From NCBI GenBank assembly GCA_038139395.1, contig JAYOSU010000001.1, positions 16,746-80,745 of the forward strand: 64,000 nt of DNA. Direction: 5' to 3'. Under the pieces are notes generated by a model, which was given only the letters and a program-made list of their open reading frames with translations, did no database searches and was not told where the DNA came from. This stretch comes from Cryomorphaceae bacterium. GTDB lineage: Bacteria > Bacteroidota > Bacteroidia > Flavobacteriales > Schleiferiaceae. Below are positions 9,063-17,610 of the stretch, one piece after another. Each line of letters opens with the position of its first letter. The first letter of the stretch is position 1. The translations under genes were made by a program, and so were the position numbers.

Positions 9063-11343
9063 GTTATTCTACATACTAACTTTCACTTTTGGGTGGTCGC
9101 TTTCAGTGACCGCCCAAATTTGTTCTATCCAACTAAAAGGAATAGTAAACGATTCTCACGATGCAACTCCAGTATCCGATGCGAGCATATACCTATCCGA
9201 AGTTGGGACAGAGCATTGGACAGATGCAAAAGGAAAATTTTCTTTTGCCAATCTTTGTCCAGGCACCTATCACCTAATCATTCAGCATATAGGCTGCCCA
9301 ACCAAGCGAATGGCATTTGAGCTATATGCAGACACGATCATGGAAATCAACATCGAGCATCATGTAAATATGTTGCATGAGGTGGATGTGCATGAGCACC
9401 ATGACAACGCTATGAATGAGCAAGTATTGGGCATAAATTCAATGGACAACAATTCCCAAAAATCACTTGCTGCCTCTTTAACTCATGTTCCCGGTGTAAA
9501 TATAATTTCGAATGGTTCAGATATAGGTGTTCCCATGATACATGGTCTTACTGGAAATCGAATGACCGTAATCAATAATGGTGTTTTGCATTCAGGTCAA
9601 CAATGGGGAACAGATCATAGCCCTGAAATTGATTTAAATAGTGCGGGAAATATCACGGTTGTAAATGGTGCGGCTGCAATTCGTTATCCAGGCACCCATA
9701 TGGGAGGGATAGTAGTACTCTCACCACTAGACATACCTTATGACCCGCATCTTCATGGCAAAACGCGTTCAACCGTTGAATCCAATGGTCGTGGAGGAAC
9801 CCTTAACGCACAGCTATTCAAAGGATTAAAAAGACTTCAATGGAGAGTTGGCACCACTCTCAAACATTACGGCGATAGACATTCACCTGAGTATTATCTA
9901 AAAAACACAGGGACAAAACAAGCGCATGCAAATGCCGAATTACGAAAGCAATGGAAAAATAAACTTGAATGGGAAGGCTATTACAATTTTTTCAGTGCGA
10001 ATTACGGAATTCTTCGAGGCAGTCATATAGGTAATTTAACAGATTTAGAATCCGCATTTGAGCGTCAAATACCCTTCTACACTGATTCGTTTTTTTCCAC
10101 TGCTCTTGAAGCGCCAAAGCAATGGGTTCAGCATCACCAAATCAAGTCGACTTTTAGAAAACAATGGAATTCAAAAATGCTTGAATGGAATTTATCTGGA
10201 CAGCGAAATCAAAGAAGAGAATTTGACGTAAGGCGCAGTGGAAGAAGCGATATCCCTGCGTTAAGCCTCTCACAGCATAGTCTACAGAGCGATTTAATAT
10301 TCAAGGATAAGAAATCATTAGAAATTGGATATCAACTTCTTGGAAAAAACAATACGAATATTCCTGAAACAGGCATAATGCCCTTAATTCCCAATTATGT
10401 TGCTTTTACCAACGGGATTTACGCCAGTTGTTCTAGGCGCTTTTCAATAATCAAAATAGACCTTGGAGGTCGCTATGACTTTACGTTTAGAAATATCGCC
10501 ATGCTGACCAATTCTGTTCCAAGGGAAATAGCCTATTTCACGAATAAATTCCACCACATTGGATTTATAGGTCGTGGCACTATCAATGTAGCGCCAAAAT
10601 GGAAAATGCTAGGTGAGCTCTCTATTAAACAGCGGCCACCGGAAATCAATGAGCTCTACGCATTCGGTTTACATCAAGGCGTTAGTGGCATAGAAGAAGG
10701 AAATGTAGATTTAAATCGAGAAAGAGGAATTAAGTCTACCCTACAATTGCGAGGCCGAATAGGTGAAAAAATTCATGTAGATTTTAGAGGATACATGCAT
10801 CTTTTCAATGGGTATATATTTCTACAACCCCAATCCGAATTTAGACTTACTATAAGAGGCGCCTTCCCGGTTTACACCTATGAACAATGCGATGCACGAC
10901 TTACCGGAGGTGATTTTATTTTGAAATATAAATTGGGGAAAGATTGGAATTTTGAAACCACTTGGAGTTATGTTCACGGCATTAACCGTAGCGATCAACT
11001 ACCATTAACTTTCATGCCACCCTTACAAGCACAATATAAACTTTCATATGAAATACCTCAATGGAACAATTGGCGCAATCTAAAAATTGAATTAGAACAT
11101 GAGTATGTTGCTCAACAATGGCATTGGGACCCCACTTTAGATTTTATAGCGCCACCAAAAGGCTATAATCTGGTTAATTTACACATGAGCACCACATTGA
11201 ACAAATGGAAATTTAAACCGCAGCTTCGCGTTGGTGTGAACAATATTTCAAATACGATTTATCGTGATTATTTGAATCGTCAACGTTATTTTGCAGATGC
11301 TTTAGGGCGAAATATCACCCTAAGTTGGATACAAAACTTCTAA
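9055..11343 (+). CDS. TonB-dependent outer-membrane receptor (CarboxypepD_reg N-domain, His-rich linker)
   Basis: 762 aa. Signal peptide ...SLSVTAQ, then a carboxypeptidase-regulatory-like domain (LKGIVNDS...GTYHLIIQHIGC). A His-rich stretch EHHVNMLHEVDVHEHHD (nt 9355..9405) precedes the plug and barrel. The C-terminus ends ...LSWIQNF. The start is TTG at 9055. Confidence 0.9.
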   Translation: MNKLFYILTFTFGWSLSVTAQICSIQLKGIVNDSHDATPVSDASIYLSEVGTEHWTDAKGKFSFANLCPGTYHLIIQHIGCPTKRMAFELYADTIMEINIEHHVNMLHEVDVHEHHDNAMNEQVLGINSMDNNSQKSLAASLTHVPGVNIISNGSDIGVPMIHGLTGNRMTVINNGVLHSGQQWGTDHSPEIDLNSAGNITVVNGAAAIRYPGTHMGGIVVLSPLDIPYDPHLHGKTRSTVESNGRGGTLNAQLFKGLKRLQWRVGTTLKHYGDRHSPEYYLKNTGTKQAHANAELRKQWKNKLEWEGYYNFFSANYGILRGSHIGNLTDLESAFERQIPFYTDSFFSTALEAPKQWVQHHQIKSTFRKQWNSKMLEWNLSGQRNQRREFDVRRSGRSDIPALSLSQHSLQSDLIFKDKKSLEIGYQLLGKNNTNIPETGIMPLIPNYVAFTNGIYASCSRRFSIIKIDLGGRYDFTFRNIAMLTNSVPREIAYFTNKFHHIGFIGRGTINVAPKWKMLGELSIKQRPPEINELYAFGLHQGVSGIEEGNVDLNRERGIKSTLQLRGRIGEKIHVDFRGYMHLFNGYIFLQPQSEFRLTIRGAFPVYTYEQCDARLTGGDFILKYKLGKDWNFETTWSYVHGINRSDQLPLTFMPPLQAQYKLSYEIPQWNNWRNLKIELEHEYVAQQWHWDPTLDFIAPPKGYNLVNLHMSTTLNKWKFKPQLRVGVNNISNTIYRDYLNRQRYFADALGRNITLSWIQNF

Positions 11344-11345
11344 TT

Positions 11346-11756
11346 ATGGATGCAGCTAACATCTTAAAAAATCGAGGGCTTAGAGTTACAAAAATTCGAG
11401 TTGCAATTTTAGAAGCGCTAGGAAAAAGCCAACAAGCGTTACCCTACGGTGATTTGCAAAAAAACCTTTCCCAATTTGACAGAACAACTATTTACAGGAC
11501 ACTTTTAGCTCTAATGGACAAAGGCCTTATTCACAAGGCTTTAGAAGAAAATAACGAGAGTTTTTATGCACTTTGTTCAGATTGTACATCGAATCTACAT
11601 AACCACAATCATGTACACTTTAAGTGTAACGAATGTAGTTCAGTGCAATGCCTTTATATTTCCAAGGAAGTTGGACTATCAATTCCAGAAATCGTCATTG
11701 ATAGTATTGAAATAACTGCGAAAGGAACCTGTTCGAGCTGTCTGCTAACCCATTGA
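11346..11756 (+). CDS. Fur-family metalloregulator (possibly Zur-like)
   Basis: Winged-helix N-terminus LRVTKIRVAILEAL...YRTL, plus a metal-site region HNHNHVHFKCNECSSVQC and a C-terminal CSSC. I prefer the ATG at 11346 (MDAANILK...), 2 nt after the receptor stop, over the track start at 11325. Confidence 0.85.
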   Translation: MDAANILKNRGLRVTKIRVAILEALGKSQQALPYGDLQKNLSQFDRTTIYRTLLALMDKGLIHKALEENNESFYALCSDCTSNLHNHNHVHFKCNECSSVQCLYISKEVGLSIPEIVIDSIEITAKGTCSSCLLTH

Positions 11757-11772
11757 CGTAAACTGCATTTTT

Positions 11773-12180
11773 CTAAGCCCGTATGATAGTGAGATCGATG
11801 GATGCAGTTGCTTCAAGAACGGCAAAAGCGCTGCAATATTTAGTCTTCGTCAATTCGACAGCACGATCCATTGCATCATCTGTAGCATCGGTATCAATGG
11901 TAATAATCAAATCTATCTTCTCAAATGTTTTTGGCATTTTGTCACGACGTACCGCCTGAACTTCTGAAGAATAGTTTCGAATGGAAAAACGACCTTTTTC
12001 TAAGATTGTAATGATATCAATTGCACTGCACCCAGCCAAAGAGATTAGCATGAGTTGCATGGGTCGAAACCCAATATCTCGCCCACCAAAATCCTCTGAG
12101 TTATCTAAATAAACTTGATGATTACCGGCCTTGGCTAACATTCCAAACCCACTATCAATGCGGTCCAAATTAATTTTCAC
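11773..12180 (-). CDS. OsmC/Ohr family peroxiredoxin-like protein
   Basis: 135 aa with the family-typical size and pattern (MLISLAGCSAIDI ... TKYCSAFAVL, two conserved Cys). GTG start. It lies 8 nt downstream of the SulP gene. Confidence 0.8.
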   Translation of the reverse strand: MKINLDRIDSGFGMLAKAGNHQVYLDNSEDFGGRDIGFRPMQLMLISLAGCSAIDIITILEKGRFSIRNYSSEVQAVRRDKMPKTFEKIDLIITIDTDATDDAMDRAVELTKTKYCSAFAVLEATASIDLTIIRA

Positions 12181-12188
12181 TGTCCTTT

Positions 12189-13820
12189 TTATTTGGATTT
12201 AAACAGTTGCGCGACCATATTCGTTTTTATTCTTGGTTTTTGAAGTACTTTCTCTTCAAAATCTTCCAGAGGTGTTTCACTAACTGTTGCTTCAAATCCA
12301 ATGAGCTCTACTGTGATATCTTTTGTTTGAGCGTTGATTTGAAACTCTTCAATAATTTCATGTACATCAGGATGCATGCTTAATGTCTGTGAGGCATCTA
12401 GAAGTACTTTTGAATTTGGAGGTATTGTATTCAAAGTCTGCTGAATACTGGCTTTATTGAGAAAGCTAACCACTTCTGAAAATTCAATCTTAATGGGCTC
12501 GCCCAATTTATAGTTACTAATATCAAACTTATAAGGCACCTTAAAATTATCCCATAAAATAGAAACAATGGCTACCACCAGCCCAAAAGCAATTCCCATC
12601 AATAAATCAGTCAGCACGATTCCTACAACGGTGACAGCAAATGGAATAAATTCAGCTCTGCCTTTTTTCCACATTCCAATAATCATACTCGGTTTGGCTA
12701 ACTTATAGCCCACCACCAATAAAATAGCTGCTAGTGCCGCTAGCGGTATAAGGTTCAAAACTGCCGGAATAGCAAAAGCTGAGATAAGGAGTAGCCCGCC
12801 GTGAATGGTTGCTGAAGCTTTAGTTCTTCCCCCACTCTGAATATTCGCAGAAGACCGCACAATAACCTGAGTAATGGGAAGACCGCCAATTAACCCACTA
12901 ACCACATTACCTGTTCCTTGTGCTAGTAATTCTCTATTTGTGGGGGTAACTCGCTTGTAGGGGTCCAATTTATCAGTGGCTTCAACGCATAACAATGTTT
13001 CTAAAGAAGCCACTACGGCCATGGTAATTCCAATAGTATAAACAGCGGGATTGAGAAAAGCACTAAAATCCGGAGTCGTAAATTGACCCAAGAATCCGTT
13101 GAGCCCTTCCGTAACGGGTATGGACACCAGGTGTTCTCCTGTAAGCTCCCACCCTGCTTTACCGTCAAAGTATATCTTCAATAAAATCCCGGTTAATACA
13201 GCCACTAATGGACCTTGAATAATAGTTGTGAATGATAATTTCTTCATCCAAGGACGTTCCCATAGAATAAGAATTATTAGGCCTAAAAATGAAATGAGCG
13301 TAGCCGAGGGACTTACTGCTTCTAACATGTATTTTAGTTCTGAAAACGTATTGTGTCCATCTTGTTGAATAAAAGCTAAATCCCCCTCAGGATCGGCGTC
13401 ATAACCAAAAGCATGAGGGATTTGCTTTAAGAAAATAATAATTCCAATTCCGCTAAGCATTCCCTTGATTACCGAAGATGGAAAATAATAACCTATAACT
13501 CCTGCTTTAAGGATTCCAAGTAAGACTTGAACAACCCCGGCAACAATTACTGCAGCTAAAAAGGTTGGGTATGCCCCCAATTCCTCAATGGCACCATAGA
13601 CAATTACAGCAAGTCCTGCTGCAGGCCCACTTACACCCAAAGGGCTGCCACTTAGCGGAGCGACAATCAAACCTCCTACTATTCCTGCTATGAGTCCGGA
13701 AAACAGGGGTGCACCAGAGGCCAGCGCAATTCCTAAACACAGCGGTAATGCAACTAAAAATACAACGAGCGCACTCGGTACATCTTGCTTCAAATTTGAG
13801 AGAGGATTTTGATTAATCAT
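12189..13820 (-). CDS. SulP family inorganic anion (sulfate/bicarbonate) transporter with C-terminal STAS domain
   Basis: 543 aa. A polytopic core (GIALASGAPLFSGLIAGIVGG..., VRSSANIQSGGRTK) followed by a soluble C-terminal domain of about 100 aa. Confidence 0.9.
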   Translation of the reverse strand: MINQNPLSNLKQDVPSALVVFLVALPLCLGIALASGAPLFSGLIAGIVGGLIVAPLSGSPLGVSGPAAGLAVIVYGAIEELGAYPTFLAAVIVAGVVQVLLGILKAGVIGYYFPSSVIKGMLSGIGIIIFLKQIPHAFGYDADPEGDLAFIQQDGHNTFSELKYMLEAVSPSATLISFLGLIILILWERPWMKKLSFTTIIQGPLVAVLTGILLKIYFDGKAGWELTGEHLVSIPVTEGLNGFLGQFTTPDFSAFLNPAVYTIGITMAVVASLETLLCVEATDKLDPYKRVTPTNRELLAQGTGNVVSGLIGGLPITQVIVRSSANIQSGGRTKASATIHGGLLLISAFAIPAVLNLIPLAALAAILLVVGYKLAKPSMIIGMWKKGRAEFIPFAVTVVGIVLTDLLMGIAFGLVVAIVSILWDNFKVPYKFDISNYKLGEPIKIEFSEVVSFLNKASIQQTLNTIPPNSKVLLDASQTLSMHPDVHEIIEEFQINAQTKDITVELIGFEATVSETPLEDFEEKVLQKPRIKTNMVAQLFKSK

Positions 13821-13908
13821 GTTGATTTAAGATAAAGATTCAAAGAGTGAACTTAATAAAACTAACTAACATGAACACCATTCGACTTTAAAGTGTTTCA
13901 TTTGCATC

Positions 13909-14694
13909 ATGCTTAACTTCAGCACGCATATTAAATCCACGGAACTTCCTTGGGTGACCTTTGTTCACGGAGCCGGCGGCTCAAGCACCATATGGTACAA
14001 ACAACTTAAGGCATTCTCTTCCAACTTTAACGTTTTACTCATTGACCTTAGAGGTCATGGCAGAAGTAAAGCACCTATTTATAATAGAATTAAAAATTAC
14101 AACTTTTCCACTATTGGAGATGAAGTGTTGGAAGTATTAGATCATCTCAAAATCCAAAGCACACACTGGATTGGCATTTCGCTAGGAACCATTATCATTA
14201 GAGAAATTACAGATAGATTTCCTGAGCGAACATTAAGTATGATTATGGGCGGAGCTGTAATGAAGCTCAATAAACGTGGTCAAGTATTAATGAGGACTGG
14301 TGCTCTGCTGAAAAGCGTATTGCCCTACATGATTCTTTACCGATTCTTTGCGTGGGTTATCATGCCTAAGAAAAAGCATGTTGAGGCGCGAAATTTATTT
14401 GTACGCGAGGCAAGGAAACTCTATCAAAAAGAATTTAAACGATGGTTTACCCTCGTCGCAGAGATAAATCCTTTGTTAAAATACTTCAGATTCAAAGATT
14501 CGAACGTGCCAACCTTGTATATCATGGGTAGTGAAGATCACATGTTCCTTCCTTCCATTAAAAAGATTGTTTCTACACACCAAAGTGCGCTGCTGCGGGT
14601 TATAGAAAATTGCGGGCATGTTGTGAACGTTGAACAACCCGAAGTCTTTAATCAAGAAGCAATAAAATTTCTAAAGCAAATTGGAAGTAAATAA
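13909..14694 (+). CDS. Alpha/beta-fold hydrolase
   Basis: 261 aa. Oxyanion HGAGGSS, nucleophile elbow GISLGT and a C-terminal CGHVVNVEQP (His). Confidence 0.8.
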   Translation: MLNFSTHIKSTELPWVTFVHGAGGSSTIWYKQLKAFSSNFNVLLIDLRGHGRSKAPIYNRIKNYNFSTIGDEVLEVLDHLKIQSTHWIGISLGTIIIREITDRFPERTLSMIMGGAVMKLNKRGQVLMRTGALLKSVLPYMILYRFFAWVIMPKKKHVEARNLFVREARKLYQKEFKRWFTLVAEINPLLKYFRFKDSNVPTLYIMGSEDHMFLPSIKKIVSTHQSALLRVIENCGHVVNVEQPEVFNQEAIKFLKQIGSK

Positions 14695-14698
14695 AAAG

Positions 14699-15010
14699 AT
14701 GAGAAGTTCAATTGTACGATTCAAGTGGATCGCCCTATTAGAAGGAAGTTCCTTCATTTTGCTTCTATTCGTTAGCATGCCCTTAAAATACGGTTGGGGT
14801 ATTCTATGGCCCAATCAAATAGTGGGGATGTCACACGGCATTTTAACCGTTTTATACGTTCTCAGTCTTATCGATTTCAGTGTTCAATACAAAATCAAAT
14901 TCACCAGAATAATTGGATTCTTTGTTGCCTCTTTTATTCCATTCGGAACGTTCTATGCAGAAAAGAATTGGTTGCGGCCTGTTGGTCTTAAAGAGAATCA
15001 ATCTGTTTGA
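14699..15010 (+). CDS. DUF3817-type small integral membrane protein
   Basis: About 103 aa from the ATG at 14699 (MRSSIVRFKWIALLEGSSFILLLFVSMPLKY...HGILTVLY), which is the pattern of this family. The track start at 14681 is a TTG inside the upstream gene. Confidence 0.7.
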   Translation: MRSSIVRFKWIALLEGSSFILLLFVSMPLKYGWGILWPNQIVGMSHGILTVLYVLSLIDFSVQYKIKFTRIIGFFVASFIPFGTFYAEKNWLRPVGLKENQSV

Positions 15011-15149
15011 GTAATTCCGCAGCTTCTGCGGCAATTTTATCGCTATCGGCCCTATTGGTATGGCTTAAATCATAGCTTCTTTTAATGAGTTCGTAGTAAC
15101 GCGCCTCCAATTTTTCTTTTTCCGTTTTTTTCCTAAACAATCCGAACAT
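14988..15149 (-). CDS. Small protein of the Lacal_2735 family (53 aa), below the ORF-track cutoff
   Basis: My reverse-complement translation gives MFGLFRKKTEKEKLEARYYELIKRSYDLSHTNRADSDKIAAEAAELLKQIDSL*. The MFGLF+KK..EKL start and about 55-aa helical charged body match what I remember of this flavobacterial family. Confidence 0.6.
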   Translation of the reverse strand: MFGLFRKKTEKEKLEARYYELIKRSYDLSHTNRADSDKIAAEAAELLKQIDSL

Positions 15150-15243
15150 AATACCTCATTTCAAGGATTAACAAAAAATGTGCTCATTAAGTTTGAGTTA
15201 TTAGCGTATTCCTGAAGTAGGAAGGGCAATTATGCAACTTTTC

Positions 15244-15251
15244 TATTTTTG
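15244..15251 (+). promoter_or_regulatory. Candidate Bacteroidota -7 promoter box (TATTTTTG = TAnnTTTG)
   Basis: An exact match to the degenerate consensus, 27 nt upstream of the ATG at 15278. No clear -33 TTTG partner was seen. Confidence 0.25.
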
Positions 15252-15277
15252 CACCTAGCTCAAAACAATGAACCATT

Positions 15278-15733
15278 ATGAGAATTGAAGCTACATCCGT
15301 ATCAAATTATATAGATCAGTTGCCTGAAAATCGTAAACCAGCATTCAAAGAATTATATGAGACTATAAAGACGAATCTTCCCGACGGATACGAATCATTT
15401 TTAAGCTACGGTATGCCTTCTTTTTGCGTTCCTCATGAAATCTACCCGAATGGCTACCATGTAAAACCTGAAGAGCCCTTACCCTTTATTTCATTGGGTA
15501 ATCAAAAAAACTTCATTGGTCTTTACCACATGGGTATATATGCAATTCCAGAATTGGAACAGTGGTTCAAAAAGGAATATTCAGAGCACGCCAAGTACAA
15601 ATTAGACATGGGAAAAAGCTGCATCCGCTTGAAGAAAATGGACGACATTCCTTTTGCATTAATTGCTCGCTTAGCACAGAAGGTATCGGTACACCAGTGG
15701 ATAACTGTTTATGAAGCCAACATTAAGAAATAG
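15278..15733 (+). CDS. DUF1801 (YdhG-like) domain protein
   Basis: 151 aa. The family-typical N-terminus is VSNYIDQLPENRKPAFKELYETIKTNLP...SYGMPSF. Confidence 0.65.
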   Translation: MRIEATSVSNYIDQLPENRKPAFKELYETIKTNLPDGYESFLSYGMPSFCVPHEIYPNGYHVKPEEPLPFISLGNQKNFIGLYHMGIYAIPELEQWFKKEYSEHAKYKLDMGKSCIRLKKMDDIPFALIARLAQKVSVHQWITVYEANIKK

Positions 15734-15763
15734 ATTATATTAGCCCACCACAAACCACCGTAA

Positions 15764-16591
15764 ATGCAAGATTCTCCGTCTAAATTTGTTGACGTTAATG
15801 GCTTAATCAAGGAAAAGAATCCTACTATTCATAAACTCATTCCGAATTGGGTGATTCGATATCTAAGTGAAAAAGTGATTTATGAGTCTTTACTCAATGA
15901 AATCATGTCCAATCATCAAGAGTCTCTAAATTTTGATTTCTGTCGCCTGCTTTGTGAAAAATTCGGAATTCGAGTAAAGATTGAAGGTGAAGAGAATATT
16001 CCAAAAAATGGAGGAGTAATTTTCGCTGCAAATCATCCGCTGGGCGGCATGGATGCCATAGCCGTGATGTCTGCAATTGACATTCATAGAAAGGATGTGA
16101 AGTTTTTAGTCAATGATCTACTCTTGAACATCCCACAATTACGTGGAATATTTGTTGGTGTAAATAAATTTGGAAATACTGCAAGAGAAGGGATTAAAGC
16201 GGTGGATCAAGCCTTTGCGGGAGATTCGGCGCTTTTTATTTTTCCAGCAGGAATGGTGAGTAGAATGACCAGATATAAGGTCATTCGAGATTTAGATTGG
16301 AAGAAGACATTCATTACCAAATCAAAAAAATACAATAAGCCTGTAGTACCTGTTCATATTTCTGGCCGGTTATCCAGACGATTTTATTTTGTGGCACGTC
16401 TTAGAAAATTATTGCGGATCAAAATGAATATTGAAATGCTTCTCCTCGCCCAAGAAACCATAAAGCAGGAGGGCAATACGATAGTCATTAAATACGGTAA
16501 ACCCATTGATTCAAAAACATTTGACCGGACAAAAAAAGATCAAGACTGGGCATACGATATCAAATCCAAGGTTTACCAACTAAAAGAGTAA
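15764..16591 (+). CDS. Lysophospholipid/lyso-lipoamino-acid O-acyltransferase (PlsC/OlsA/GlsA-like)
   Basis: 275 aa. Acyltransferase block FAANHPLGGMDA and a second block FPAGMVSR. It lies directly upstream of an OlsB/GlsB-like gene. Confidence 0.75.
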   Translation: MQDSPSKFVDVNGLIKEKNPTIHKLIPNWVIRYLSEKVIYESLLNEIMSNHQESLNFDFCRLLCEKFGIRVKIEGEENIPKNGGVIFAANHPLGGMDAIAVMSAIDIHRKDVKFLVNDLLLNIPQLRGIFVGVNKFGNTAREGIKAVDQAFAGDSALFIFPAGMVSRMTRYKVIRDLDWKKTFITKSKKYNKPVVPVHISGRLSRRFYFVARLRKLLRIKMNIEMLLLAQETIKQEGNTIVIKYGKPIDSKTFDRTKKDQDWAYDIKSKVYQLKE

Positions 16592-16624
16592 ATCTATCGT
16601 GAAGATGTGTGGTATATTTGCACC

Positions 16625-17566
16625 ATGACAGATTTAAGTTACATCGCCCCGCCTGTTGATGTTGCTCTAATAAAAAAAGAGCTCACTAAAAACGTATTCA
16701 TTCGGAGCACAGGTAAGCTTAATAATGAAATTTATATAGTCAACATTCACAATGCTCCAAACACTGTACGGGAAGTAGGGCGATTGCGCGAACTAACATT
16801 TGCTTCTGCCGATGGTGGAACGGGCAAAGAAGTTGATTTAGATGATTTAGACTTGAATGAACACTGTTACCAACAGTTGATCGTATGGAATCCTGAAGAA
16901 CAAGAGATTGTTGGAGGATATAGATTCATCGACGGAGCTGAAATAACTGCAAATGGTGATTGGCAACATGACCTGAGTATGAGTCACTACTTTCAATTCA
17001 GTGAGAAATTCATCTCTGAATACCTTCCATTTAGTATAGAATTAGGAAGAAGTTGGGTGCAACCTAAGTACCAACCAGCCAATGACCCTAGGAAGGGAAT
17101 GTTTGCTCTGGATAATATTTGGGATGGACTTGGGGCCATTTGTCTCAAATACCATCACATTAAGTATTTCTATGGAAAGGTCACCATGTACCCATCCTAC
17201 AATCGGACTGCACGTAATTATGTGCTCAACTTTCTCAATCACTATTTTCCCGATGATCAAAACTTAATGACCCCAATAGTGAGAGCTGAAGTTCCCGAAT
17301 TGAAAATGAATACTGAGTTATTCCCAGTAGATTCAACCGATTTTGCAAAATCTTTCAAAACGGGACAGCGAAATTTGAACAAGGTCTGTAACAAGTATGG
17401 CGAAAGTGTTCCTCCATTGATCAAGCAATACATGGGACTTAGCCCAAGAATGATGACATTTGGAACCTTTACCAATAAAGACTTTGGTAATGTTGAAGAA
17501 ACGGGAATCCTTATTCCTATTGACTCCATTTATGAGGACAAAAAAGAGCGTTACATAAGGTTGTAA
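16625..17566 (+). CDS. GNAT-fold amino-acid N-acyltransferase (OlsB/GlsB-like)
   Basis: About 313 aa from the ATG at 16625 (the track start at 16607 is GTG). VREVGRLRELTFASADGGTGKEVDLD...IVGGYRF resembles the Acetyltransf_5/OlsB family. It is paired with the acyltransferase above. Confidence 0.7.
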   Translation: MTDLSYIAPPVDVALIKKELTKNVFIRSTGKLNNEIYIVNIHNAPNTVREVGRLRELTFASADGGTGKEVDLDDLDLNEHCYQQLIVWNPEEQEIVGGYRFIDGAEITANGDWQHDLSMSHYFQFSEKFISEYLPFSIELGRSWVQPKYQPANDPRKGMFALDNIWDGLGAICLKYHHIKYFYGKVTMYPSYNRTARNYVLNFLNHYFPDDQNLMTPIVRAEVPELKMNTELFPVDSTDFAKSFKTGQRNLNKVCNKYGESVPPLIKQYMGLSPRMMTFGTFTNKDFGNVEETGILIPIDSIYEDKKERYIRL

Positions 17567-17597
17567 AACCTTCTATGCAGAAGGTTGTTTTGTATTT
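17567..17597 (+). terminator. Rho-independent terminator
   Basis: AACCTTCT-ATGC-AGAAGGTT hairpin followed by GTTTTGTATTT, starting at the stop codon of the preceding gene. Confidence 0.6.
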
Positions 17598-17610
17598 ATA
17601 TTAGAGTATC

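Noticed and set aside
9093-9320. 75-aa alternative-frame ORF inside the TonB receptor gene
   Set aside because: Same strand but out of frame with a gene that has clear domain structure. Arg/Ser-rich frame-shadow composition.
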